Positions 10,155 through 18,252 of a DNA stretch of 64,000 nt are shown piece by piece. The stretch is from contig CAVWBO010000007.1 of NCBI GenBank assembly GCA_963753185.1, positions 1,610,914 through 1,674,913 on the forward strand, read 5' to 3'. Numbering within the stretch: position 1 is the stretch's first letter; every line of letters starts with the position of its first letter. The notes under the pieces are model-generated. The model was given only the letters and a program-made list of their open reading frames with translations. It was not told the DNA's origin and made no database searches. This DNA comes from an uncultured Acidimicrobiia bacterium. GTDB lineage: Bacteria > Actinomycetota > Acidimicrobiia > Spongiisociales > UBA5794. A program made the position numbers and the translations under genes.

Positions 10155-11125
10155 CAGGCCGTGACCCTCGTTCCGGGGACCGGTACGGAGGCTCGGACCT
10201 CGTCGAGAACGTCCACCACGGTCGTGCCCCGCATCTGGGCATCGGGCCTGACGATGAGCCTGTGGTTGAGCACGGGCTCGAGGATCGACTTCACGTCGTC
10301 AGGGCTCGCGTAGTCCCGACCATCGGCAGCGGCTATTGCCCTGGCTGCGCGTTGGAGGTACAGGGTTGCCCGTGGTGATGCACCGAGCAGGATGTCGACA
10401 TGCGACCGGGTGGCGGCTGCGATGTCGATGAGGTACCCGCGAAGGACATCGGCGACGTGGACGGATCGAGCGATGGACGACATCTTGACGACGTCCTCGG
10501 CGTGGACGACAGACTTGAGGTCGATGAAGCGACTTCCCCCGCCGTGCGTCTGGAGCATCTCGAGTTCCTTGCTGCGCTCGGGATAACCCATGGTCACGCG
10601 CATCATGAACCGGTCGAGTTGGGCCTCGGGGAGGGGATAGGTCCCCTCGTGCTCGATGGGATTCTGCGTCGCCACGACGATGAAGGGTTCCGAGAGCACG
10701 TGGGTTTCCCCGTCGATCGTGATCTGTCGTTCCTCCATGGCCTCGAGGAGTGCCGCCTGGGTCTTCGGGCTTGCACGGTTGATCTCATCGCCGAGTACGA
10801 CGTTCGCAAACACGGGGCCAGGCCGGAAGGTGAAGGTGGTGCGCTCGCGGTCCCAGACCGAGACTCCCGTGACGTCGCTCGGGAGGAGGTCGGGCGTGAA
10901 CTGGATCCTCTGGAACTCGCTGTCGATCGATCGTGCGAGCGCCTTGGCGAGCAGTGTCTTCCCGACGCCGGGGACGTCCTCGATCAGGATATGGCCTTCG
11001 GCGATGAGGCTCGAGACGACCAGTTCGATCGTCTCGCGTTTGCCCTGGATGGCGCGCTCGATGTTCGAGGTGATTGCTTCGAACTTCTCACCGAACCACG
11101 AAAGGTCGTCCTGCGACAGGGACAC
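10154..11125 (-). CDS. MoxR-family AAA+ ATPase
   Basis: Walker A motif GVPGVGKT, plus LLEAMEERQITIDG and VVATQNP, characteristic of MoxR. Confidence 0.85.
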   Translation of the reverse strand: MSLSQDDLSWFGEKFEAITSNIERAIQGKRETIELVVSSLIAEGHILIEDVPGVGKTLLAKALARSIDSEFQRIQFTPDLLPSDVTGVSVWDRERTTFTFRPGPVFANVVLGDEINRASPKTQAALLEAMEERQITIDGETHVLSEPFIVVATQNPIEHEGTYPLPEAQLDRFMMRVTMGYPERSKELEMLQTHGGGSRFIDLKSVVHAEDVVKMSSIARSVHVADVLRGYLIDIAAATRSHVDILLGASPRATLYLQRAARAIAAADGRDYASPDDVKSILEPVLNHRLIVRPDAQMRGTTVVDVLDEVRASVPVPGTRVTA

Positions 11126-11250
11126 ATTGCCTCCTTCATGTCCGTGCGGCTACCAGACGATACCCGCCCGGAGCCCGCTTGGCGACGGGTCGGCGATGCG
11201 ACCGCACACAGAGGCGTCATGGAGGAGCCGAACCACTAGCGTGGAACCCC

Positions 11251-11496
11251 ATGATCGAGCTCCGTTCGTTCGTCGCGGTTGCGATTCGGCCCTGGCTGTG
11301 GCTGACGGCGATCGGTGCCGTGTTCGCATTCGCACGGCGACGATGGTGGGCAGAGCCCCCGTTCCTCCCCATCCCCGACCGCGACGTCCTCGAATGGCGG
11401 GTGACTACTGCCTATGGGCGGTCCGATATGACTCTTGCCCCTGAGGACCTGCTCTCGTATCTTCGGTGGAGGAAGACAAGCCTGAAGAAGGGCTGA
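11251..11496 (+). CDS. small hypothetical membrane protein
   Basis: 82 aa with one TM helix (VAVAIRPWLWLTAIGAVFAF). Its stop lies 10 nt before the next ORF, which is in a different frame. Confidence 0.4.
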   Translation: MIELRSFVAVAIRPWLWLTAIGAVFAFARRRWWAEPPFLPIPDRDVLEWRVTTAYGRSDMTLAPEDLLSYLRWRKTSLKKG

Positions 11497-11506
11497 GGAG
11501 GCCAGG

Positions 11507-12463
11507 GTGAACGAACGCTCCCTGCAGGACGACCTGCTCCGGATCCCCGGCGTCGAGGGCGCCGAGGTGGAGGGGTCGGCAGACAAACCGGCAGGACTGC
11601 GGATACGGATCGCCGAGGGCGCCGATCAGGGTGCCGTCGGTGGCGCTATACGGCGCGTCCTGACCTCCCACGGTCTCGGCACCGATACGAGGCTGCCGGG
11701 AGAGCAGAACCATGGCGGCGTCGAGGCGGGATCGAGCGCACCTCGCGAGGAGGTGTCCGACGCCGTTCCCATCGCACGAAGCGCCGGCTCGACCGCCGAC
11801 ATGCCTGGTCAGGGTTCAGGAGTCGCCGTTGCGCCGGCCGAGGAGTCGCGAGACGCCGCCGTGATCGACCTCACCGATCGCGCGTCGACAGCCTCCGAGG
11901 AACGGCCGAATGGCCCTCAAGGGCAGGACATGCCACGGGCGGACGAGATCGAGGACATGGACGAGGTCGACGCGAATCAGCGCAGGACCGCCGCCGATGA
12001 ACTCGAAGCCGCGAATCCACCGGGGCCGCGGCCCGACGACAGGTTCCCCGAAGCGTGCGAGCGACAGCCTGGCGCCAACGACCGACCTGACCACGATCAC
12101 AGATCTGACGACAGTGAATCCACGGGAGGCTTCGGGGCCAGGCTCGCGAGCGTCGCCGTCCAGGAGGGTCGTGCCGGGATCGTAGTGACCGTGGCCGCAT
12201 CCGATGGAACCCAGATCCAGCAGGCGGCTGCATCGACCGAGGGAGGCGTCGAGTCGGCCGTTGTACGTGCGACGACTCGCCTCGCGATGCCAGGGGCACC
12301 AGACGCCACGGTGATCGAGATCGAAGATCGTCGGATCGAGGGCGTCGACATCGTGCTCATCGTGCTCGATGTGGACGGCGTCATGCATGCCGGGGCCGCC
12401 GTTGTCGGTGCAGGTCGCTCCTTCGCCCTCGGCAGGGCGACGTGGTCAGCCCTCACCCTGTGA
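11507..12463 (+). CDS. hypothetical protein with two ferredoxin/HMA-like end domains separated by a highly acidic disordered segment
   Basis: GTG start. The N-terminal LRIPGVEGAEVEG...LRIRIAEGADQGAVGGAIRRVL segment resembles an HMA/ACT-like fold without CxxC. The middle is D/E-rich low complexity. Confidence 0.4.
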   Translation: MNERSLQDDLLRIPGVEGAEVEGSADKPAGLRIRIAEGADQGAVGGAIRRVLTSHGLGTDTRLPGEQNHGGVEAGSSAPREEVSDAVPIARSAGSTADMPGQGSGVAVAPAEESRDAAVIDLTDRASTASEERPNGPQGQDMPRADEIEDMDEVDANQRRTAADELEAANPPGPRPDDRFPEACERQPGANDRPDHDHRSDDSESTGGFGARLASVAVQEGRAGIVVTVAASDGTQIQQAAASTEGGVESAVVRATTRLAMPGAPDATVIEIEDRRIEGVDIVLIVLDVDGVMHAGAAVVGAGRSFALGRATWSALTL

Positions 12464-12533
12464 ATCGGACGTCCTGAGCGCTGTCCCTCGTGTCCCTGGT
12501 TCCATCCAACGCCTGACGCGGTTCGTCAGCACG

Positions 12534-12624
12534 CCGTCCCTCAACCGGCCGTCCCTCAACCGGCCGTCCCTCAACCGGCCGTCCCTCAACCGGCCGTCCC
12601 TCAACCGGCCGTCCGTCAACCGGT
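12534..12624. repeat. tandem direct repeat, 15-bp unit (GCCGTCCCTCAACCG) x6, the last copy with one substitution
   Basis: Read directly from the sequence: ccgtccctcaaccgg repeated head-to-tail. It lies between the convergent 3' ends of the 11507..12463 and 12616..13131 genes. Confidence 0.9.
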
Positions 12625-13131
12625 GGGGGCGATCAGCTCCACCACGACGTTCCGACGCTCGTCGATCTCGGGCTCTGCAACCGACGGTGCGACGGGATGC
12701 TCCGCCTGTCCGGACAACCCGAAGGCCTCGCGGTATTCGGCGACCTTCGCAACCACAGCACGGACAACGAGCCTCGTGTGGTCGTCGTTGCCGTTCCTGA
12801 GGGTCTCGAGGTCGTCATCGTCGGTGGAAATGACGGTTGCACCCGCACGCCGGATGTCGACCAGCATGATCTCCTGGAGCATCTTGTCGGGTGAGAGGGA
12901 ATCGAGCCGTGCAATCACCACGGCATCGGCCGATCCGGATCGCACGAGCTCGAGGAGGGCCCGGAAGCCGGGACGGTCGAGCGGTGCCGCAGATGCGTGG
13001 TGATCCTGGCAGATGGCGACGATGTCGTTACCCGTGTCGAGCGCCCAACGACGAATGCGCTCACTCTGGGCGAACGCGGTGTCCGACTGTCCGCGCCCGG
13101 GTGCCTCCCGGACGTACCCGACGATTTTCAT
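12616..13131 (-). CDS. serine-recombinase (resolvase) N-terminal-domain-like protein, catalytic Ser apparently replaced; no HTH domain
   Basis: MKIVGYVREA...RPGFRALLELVRSGSADAVVIARLDSLSPD parallels the resolvase pattern GYARVS...RPGL..LL.....GD.LVV..LDRLGRS. The nucleophilic Ser and the LDRLGR arginines are not conserved. Confidence 0.45.
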   Translation of the reverse strand: MKIVGYVREAPGRGQSDTAFAQSERIRRWALDTGNDIVAICQDHHASAAPLDRPGFRALLELVRSGSADAVVIARLDSLSPDKMLQEIMLVDIRRAGATVISTDDDDLETLRNGNDDHTRLVVRAVVAKVAEYREAFGLSGQAEHPVAPSVAEPEIDERRNVVVELIAPTG

Positions 13132-13283
13132 GATGCCTTCCTAGGATCGATCGCAGTATCCCAGAGCTGCGATGCGTGGTCAATCACCAGCGTTGCGTGG
13201 TCGCAAGGCGGGGAGGCGGACCCGAGGCACTCGACCGGTCCGTCGGGAACCGCCACATCGATCCATTGCTACGATACCGGGCC

Positions 13284-13772
13284 GTGGCAAGGACGCTCGT
13301 GCTGAACGCAAGCAATGAGCCGCTTTCGGTGGTTCCCGCTCGACGCGGCGTCGTGCTCGTACTCGCAGGGACCGCCGACCTCGTCGCCCATCGAGGCGAG
13401 GTTTGGAGATCAGGGCGGATCTCGGTCGACGTGCCGAGCGTCGTGCGGCTCCGCCGCTACGTGTCGGTGCCCCACGCGAGGGCCATTCCGCTCAATCGGC
13501 GGGCGATCTTCGCTCGCGACGAACACCGCTGCCAATACTGCGGCGGATCTGCCGAGAACGTCGATCACGTGATTCCGCGGGTGCTCGGCGGCACGCACCG
13601 CTGGGACAACGTCGTCGCGGCTTGTCGCCGATGCAACACCCGAAAGGGAGGGCGCACCCCGACCGAGGCAGGTCTCCAGCTGAGGCGCCAACCCACCAAA
13701 CCGGGGCGATTCGATTGGGTGCACGTCGCGGCAGGCGATGCCCTCGATGCGGCGTGGCGACCCTTCCTGTGA
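13284..13772 (+). CDS. HNH endonuclease
   Basis: HNH motif CQYCGG...DHVIPRVLGG...NVVAACRRCNTRKG. The N-terminus (RTLVLNASNEPL) matches the conserved actinobacterial HNH family. The start was taken at GTG 13284. Confidence 0.7.
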   Translation: MARTLVLNASNEPLSVVPARRGVVLVLAGTADLVAHRGEVWRSGRISVDVPSVVRLRRYVSVPHARAIPLNRRAIFARDEHRCQYCGGSAENVDHVIPRVLGGTHRWDNVVAACRRCNTRKGGRTPTEAGLQLRRQPTKPGRFDWVHVAAGDALDAAWRPFL

Positions 13773-13799
13773 TCCGCACGCGCCCCGGAGGCCGGCGCA

Positions 13800-14312
13800 C
13801 TACCGGATGACCAGAACCGGCAACGGGGAGCGACGTACGAGTTTCGCTCCCGTCGAGCCGAGCAGACCCTGGAACGCCCCGTGTCCGTGCGAACCGACCA
13901 CGATGACATCTGCCTCCAGCTCGTCGGCGAGGGCCAGGAGGGTGTCCTCGACCTCATCACCTTCGCGAACGGTGGACGTCGCCGTTCCGCCGCGAAGCCG
14001 AATCGCCTCGACCACCGGACGGCAGAACTCGATGCGCTTGTCACCGAGGTACTGATCGACGAGGGCATCGTCGCCGGGGAAGCTCCTCTCGAAGTGTGAT
14101 TCGACCTTCGGCGCACCGACGTACTCGGCATCGGTCTCAACCGAGACAGGGGGTTGGTCGCCGTATTGGAGCCGCAGCTCCTGGACGAGCCGTCTCGGCA
14201 CCCGCACGACGGTTGCCACCGTCGTCGTCCCCGCCTCGCCGGCGAGCGCCACCGAGAAGTCGGCGGCCTTGTCGATGTCCATCGATCCGTCCGTTGCAAC
14301 AAGCACGTGCAT
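13800..14312 (-). CDS. universal stress protein (UspA family)
   Basis: 170 aa: MHVLVATDGS...ADVIVVGSHGHGAFQGLLGSTGAKLV. Only the C-terminal part of the long track ORF 13800..15014 is coding. Confidence 0.75.
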   Translation of the reverse strand: MHVLVATDGSMDIDKAADFSVALAGEAGTTTVATVVRVPRRLVQELRLQYGDQPPVSVETDAEYVGAPKVESHFERSFPGDDALVDQYLGDKRIEFCRPVVEAIRLRGGTATSTVREGDEVEDTLLALADELEADVIVVGSHGHGAFQGLLGSTGAKLVRRSPLPVLVIR

Positions 14313-14411
14313 CTGGGGTCCTCCCGGTACCGGCGACCACCCAAGGCTAAACGGTTCGGCACCGGGCTGTCTCGAACAGCATCGTGCAATGCCATCAGAC
14401 GAGTCCAGAGG

Positions 14412-14486
14412 TGGAGGTTCGGTGGGGTTCTGGGGGAAATGATGTTGACAAGTGGGAGATGGTGGGCCATAGTGGGGCGCCGTGGG
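14412..14486 (+). promoter_or_regulatory. MraZ operator: array of GTGGG-type boxes at 10-bp periodicity overlapping a putative mra promoter (-35 TTGACA 14445-14450, -10 CATAGT about 14468)
   Basis: GTGGG occurs at 14452, 14462, 14472 and 14482 with exact 10-bp spacing. Degenerate copies are at 14412, 14422 and 14432. The array is immediately upstream of mraZ. Confidence 0.65.
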
Positions 14487-14516
14487 AGATGTCGGAGATG
14501 ATGGAGACGTCGAAAG

Positions 14517-14948
14517 ATGTTCCTTGGGGAATACATGCACTCGCTCGACGAGAAGGGTCGAGTCGTGATGCCGTCCAAGTTCCGAGCGGAACTTGCGACG
14601 GGCTGCGTGCTGACCAAGGGACAGGAACGTTGTCTGTACGTGTTTCCGCAGGACCGGTGGGACGAGGAGGCAGCTGCCGTCCTCAGGCTCCCGCGCACCG
14701 ATCGGCGGGCCAGGAACTACTCGCGTTCGTTCTTCGCCTCGGCATCGGATCAGAGCCTCGACCGGGCAGGTCGGTGTCAGATCCCCGAGCCGTTGCGCGG
14801 GTACGCGGGACTGACGAAGGACGTCACGGTGGTCGGCGTCGCGGACCGGATCGAGATCTGGGATTCGACGACCTGGAGGGAGGTCGCCACCGTGGCGGAC
14901 GACTACTACGCCGACATCGAGGAGGTGTTGTCGGAGGGCGGCATTTGA
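14517..14948 (+). CDS. mraZ: transcriptional regulator MraZ
   Basis: MFLGEYMHSLDEKGRVVMPSKFR; two MraZ half-domains; first gene of the dcw cluster. Confidence 0.9.
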   Translation: MFLGEYMHSLDEKGRVVMPSKFRAELATGCVLTKGQERCLYVFPQDRWDEEAAAVLRLPRTDRRARNYSRSFFASASDQSLDRAGRCQIPEPLRGYAGLTKDVTVVGVADRIEIWDSTTWREVATVADDYYADIEEVLSEGGI

Positions 14949-15074
14949 CGACGCGAACCGAGAGATCCGACACATCGTGCAGGGCTGGCTCGTGGTCAGT
15001 CCCCCGGATGCCAATTGGGAGGCCCCTTACTCCGCCCGCTTCCATGTTGGCGCCAGCGCTCCGGGGGACTGACC

Positions 15075-16007
15075 ATGGATCAGCCCATGCACGTTCATGG
15101 ATATCACGACCCCGTGATGGTCGCAGAGGTGGTCGATCTCCTCGAGCCGGCGTCGCACGGTTGGATCGTCGACGCGACCTTCGGTGGTGGGGGTCATAGC
15201 CGTGCACTCCTTGACCGCTATCGAGACCTTCGCATTGTCGCTGTTGACCGCGACCCGGATGCTGTCGCTGAGGCGAGCGGAGATCCCCGCTGCTTCGTCG
15301 TCAGGGGCAACTTCCGCGAGCTGGATCGCGTCATCGCGGAGGGGCCGTCGCCCGACAAGGTCGATGGCGTCCTCTTCGACCTCGGTGTCTCGTCGCACCA
15401 GCTCGACGATCCTGGGCGTGGCTTCTCGTACCACCATGAGGGTCCTCTCGACATGCGGATGGGCCCCGACGCGGAACGCACTGCAGCAGACGTCGTCAAC
15501 ACGTTCGACGAGGCCGAACTCGCGAGCATCATCGCCAGATACGGTGAGGAGCGATTCGCAAAGCGAATCGCAAGGGCAATCGTCGAACACCGACCGCTCT
15601 CCACGACGACGGAGCTCTCGACATGCATCGCGGAGTCCGTACCTGCTCCGGCACGGCGCGGCAAGCATCCTGCGCGGCGAACGTTCCAGGCGATCCGCAT
15701 CGCGGTCAACGACGAACTCACCGGCGTCGAGATCGGTGTCGGACTTGCCATCGACCACCTTCGAGTCGGAGGTCGGCTCGTCGTGATGGCCTACCACTCG
15801 CTCGAGGACCGCATCGTGAAGAACGTGCTGAGGGCACGGTCGATGACATGCACCTGTCCGCCAGGGCTGCCGACCTGCCAATGCGGGGCGCGGCCGGACA
15901 TCACCCTCGTCCATCGAAAGGTCCTGCGCGCTTCGGAGGCGGAGATCGCAGGCAACCCACGAGCACGCAGCGCCGTGCTCCGAGTCGCCGAGAGGATCAC
16001 CCCATGA
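15075..16007 (+). CDS. rsmH: 16S rRNA (cytosine1402-N4)-methyltransferase RsmH (MraW)
   Basis: Matches the RsmH family (DATFGGGGHS, FDLGVSSHQLD). The ATG at 15075 was preferred over the upstream track start. Confidence 0.85.
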   Translation: MDQPMHVHGYHDPVMVAEVVDLLEPASHGWIVDATFGGGGHSRALLDRYRDLRIVAVDRDPDAVAEASGDPRCFVVRGNFRELDRVIAEGPSPDKVDGVLFDLGVSSHQLDDPGRGFSYHHEGPLDMRMGPDAERTAADVVNTFDEAELASIIARYGEERFAKRIARAIVEHRPLSTTTELSTCIAESVPAPARRGKHPARRTFQAIRIAVNDELTGVEIGVGLAIDHLRVGGRLVVMAYHSLEDRIVKNVLRARSMTCTCPPGLPTCQCGARPDITLVHRKVLRASEAEIAGNPRARSAVLRVAERITP

Positions 16008-16402
16008 CCACGGAATCGATTCGATCGATCGGTGTCGCCCGTCGCAGGATCGGCCGCACAGCGGAGGCAGCGGGACCCAGGATCGTTCCCCTCGCCTTCT
16101 ACACGGTGCTCGTCGTCGCGCTGTTCTTCGCGATGATCTACCTGCGGATCGCGCTCGACCGCACGGCGTTCGAACTGGACGAGCTCGAACGGGCGATCGA
16201 GCTCGAAGAGAGCAGGACGTTGGACCTCCGGCTCGAGATCGCCCAGCTCCAGGATCCGATTCGCATCGCAACAGAGGCGGAGCGGATCGGGCTGGCGCAC
16301 CCGTCGCAGCGTCTCGCGCTCATCGTGACCACTTCGAGGGAGACCGCGCCACCCATTGTGGCCGGGACCCCGATCAGCGCCCATCAGGGCAGAACGCCTT
16401 GA
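16004..16402 (+). CDS. ftsL: cell division protein FtsL-like
   Basis: The ATG overlaps the rsmH stop. 132 aa with a single TM helix followed by a coiled coil (LDELERAIELEESRTLDLRLEIAQL), in the ftsL position. Confidence 0.6.
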   Translation: MTTESIRSIGVARRRIGRTAEAAGPRIVPLAFYTVLVVALFFAMIYLRIALDRTAFELDELERAIELEESRTLDLRLEIAQLQDPIRIATEAERIGLAHPSQRLALIVTTSRETAPPIVAGTPISAHQGRTP

Positions 16403-16505
16403 CGGTGCCGGCCATCCCTGGGTGCGATCGGGTGGGCTGCGTGTCAGGCCGGCCACCCGCCTGCGCGTTCCCCATCGGCAGGTCTTTGAACCCTGTCGTT
16501 CCGGC

Positions 16506-18248
16506 ATGAGCGGCCGAGTCTGGCGACGCGGAGACCTCAGGCTCCTCATCGTGGGTACGGCCTTCCTCCTCGCATGGGCGGGGATCGGATACCGCCTCTT
16601 CGACCTCCAGGGAACACGCGCCGTCGCCCTCGCCAGTGTCGGTTTCGACCAGCGCATACGCGAGGAGCCGATCGATGCCAGGCGGGGAACGATCTACGAC
16701 CGTGAGGGCGTTGAGCTGGCGATGACCATCGATGGCTGGAACGTCGTCGTCGACCCCACGATGCTCGATGATCCTGCCGGGGCCGCGGAGAGCCTTGCGC
16801 CGTTCGCCGATGTCCCGATGTCAGAACTCGTGACGCTGTTGACAGAGGGGCAGGAATCTGGAAAGCGATATGCCGAGATCGCCATGAGGGTCGACACCGC
16901 GAGAGCCAATGAGATTCGAGCCGTCGTGGAGGACACGGGTCTCGTCGGCGTGTTCTTCAGGGAGCAGCCGCTTCGGGTGTATCCGGCTGGCCACATCGCT
17001 GCGCAGGTGGTCGGCCTGACGAGGTACGAGGACAACAGCGGCATCGAGGGTATCGAGAAGACGTTCGATTCGGAGCTCCAGGGCGAGCCGGGGAGGCTCA
17101 TCGTCGAGCGCGATCCCTCAGGCCGCGTGATACCCCAGGGAGAGATCCTGCTCGAGCCCGCGACCCCGGGATCGGACGTGATCACGACCATCGACAGGGA
17201 GGTCCAGTTCGCCGCCGAGCAGGGCCTGAGACGAGCGATCCAGATCACGGATTCTGTCGGTGGGGCCGTCGTCGTGCTGGATCCGAAGACCGGGGCGATC
17301 CTCGCGATGGTGAGTTGGCCGGGTCTCGACCTGAACAACCGGTCGGAGGCCGCACCCGAGGTCCTGAGGAACAGGGCCGTCGCCGACGTGTACGAACCAG
17401 GATCGACACTGAAGGTCGTCACCGTCGCCGCTGCCATCGAGGAAGGCGTCGTGACGCCTGACACCCCGATCGACACGCCGAACTCGCTGGTGATCGGTGA
17501 CTTCGAGTACGAGGATCATGGATCGAACCCCGATTGGATGTCCGTCGCGGACGTCGTCATGCGCTCGTCGAACGTCGGTACGATCGAGATCCAGAACAGG
17601 CTCGGCAACGAACGGCACTATGAGTATCTGACCGCGTTCGGTCTCGGTGCGCCCTCAGGTCTCGACGTCGCAGGCGAGCGGCACGGCCGGTTGAACCCCA
17701 CCACCCAATGGACCCGGACGAGCGGTTCGTCGATCGCCATCGGCTACGCCGTCGGAACGACCCCCCTCCAGATGGCAGCGGTGTACGCCGCCATCGCAAA
17801 CGACGGCGTCTGGGTCGAGCCGCACCTGGTTCGAGAGGTCATCAGGGCGGACGGACAGCGGATCCTGACCAAGCCTCGCACGAGGGCCGTCGTGTCACAG
17901 GAAACGGCGGCAACGATGCGACGCATGCTTGGGCGGGTCGTCGAGAGCGACGAGGGAACCGGAAGCCGTGCCAGGATGTCCGACTACACCTCGGGCGGAA
18001 AGACGGGAACGAGCCAGAAGTTCGACGTGGAGCTCGAGCGTTACAGCGACGACACGATCGCATCGTTCATCGGCATGGCGCCACTGGACGATCCCGAGAT
18101 CGTCGTCGTGGTCGTTCTCGACACACCAAAGGGATCCCTCGACGACGGAGCCGATCTGTCCCTCGGTGGTGCATCCGCTGCGCCGGCCTTTGCCGAGATC
18201 ACACAGAACGCCCTGCACCAGCTCGGTGTCGCACCGGACCGGGAGTAG
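16506..18248 (+). CDS. ftsI: penicillin-binding protein (FtsI-like transpeptidase)
   Basis: Short cytoplasmic tail plus TM (LLIVGTAFLLAWAGIGYRLFDL), a PBP dimerisation domain, and a transpeptidase domain with STLK (SxxK), SSN and KTGT motifs. Confidence 0.85.
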   Translation: MSGRVWRRGDLRLLIVGTAFLLAWAGIGYRLFDLQGTRAVALASVGFDQRIREEPIDARRGTIYDREGVELAMTIDGWNVVVDPTMLDDPAGAAESLAPFADVPMSELVTLLTEGQESGKRYAEIAMRVDTARANEIRAVVEDTGLVGVFFREQPLRVYPAGHIAAQVVGLTRYEDNSGIEGIEKTFDSELQGEPGRLIVERDPSGRVIPQGEILLEPATPGSDVITTIDREVQFAAEQGLRRAIQITDSVGGAVVVLDPKTGAILAMVSWPGLDLNNRSEAAPEVLRNRAVADVYEPGSTLKVVTVAAAIEEGVVTPDTPIDTPNSLVIGDFEYEDHGSNPDWMSVADVVMRSSNVGTIEIQNRLGNERHYEYLTAFGLGAPSGLDVAGERHGRLNPTTQWTRTSGSSIAIGYAVGTTPLQMAAVYAAIANDGVWVEPHLVREVIRADGQRILTKPRTRAVVSQETAATMRRMLGRVVESDEGTGSRARMSDYTSGGKTGTSQKFDVELERYSDDTIASFIGMAPLDDPEIVVVVVLDTPKGSLDDGADLSLGGASAAPAFAEITQNALHQLGVAPDRE

Positions 18249-18252
18249 GGCC

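Noticed and set aside
11251-12463. Merging the 82-aa membrane ORF and the 318-aa acidic ORF into one annotated gene
   Set aside because: They are in different frames with a stop between them. A frameshift is plausible given other lesions in this assembly, but there is no homology evidence available here to justify fusing them. They are reported separately, with the possibility noted.
12480-12625. Tandem repeat array considered as a possible CRISPR locus
   Set aside because: The units are contiguous 15-bp repeats with no intervening unique spacers and no nearby cas genes. It is a minisatellite, not CRISPR.
13800-15014. 404-aa minus-strand ORF spanning UspA and running antisense through mraZ
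   Set aside because: Only the last 170 aa (from MHVLVATDGS) match the universal stress protein family. The upstream part is antisense to mraZ and its operator, and is low complexity.
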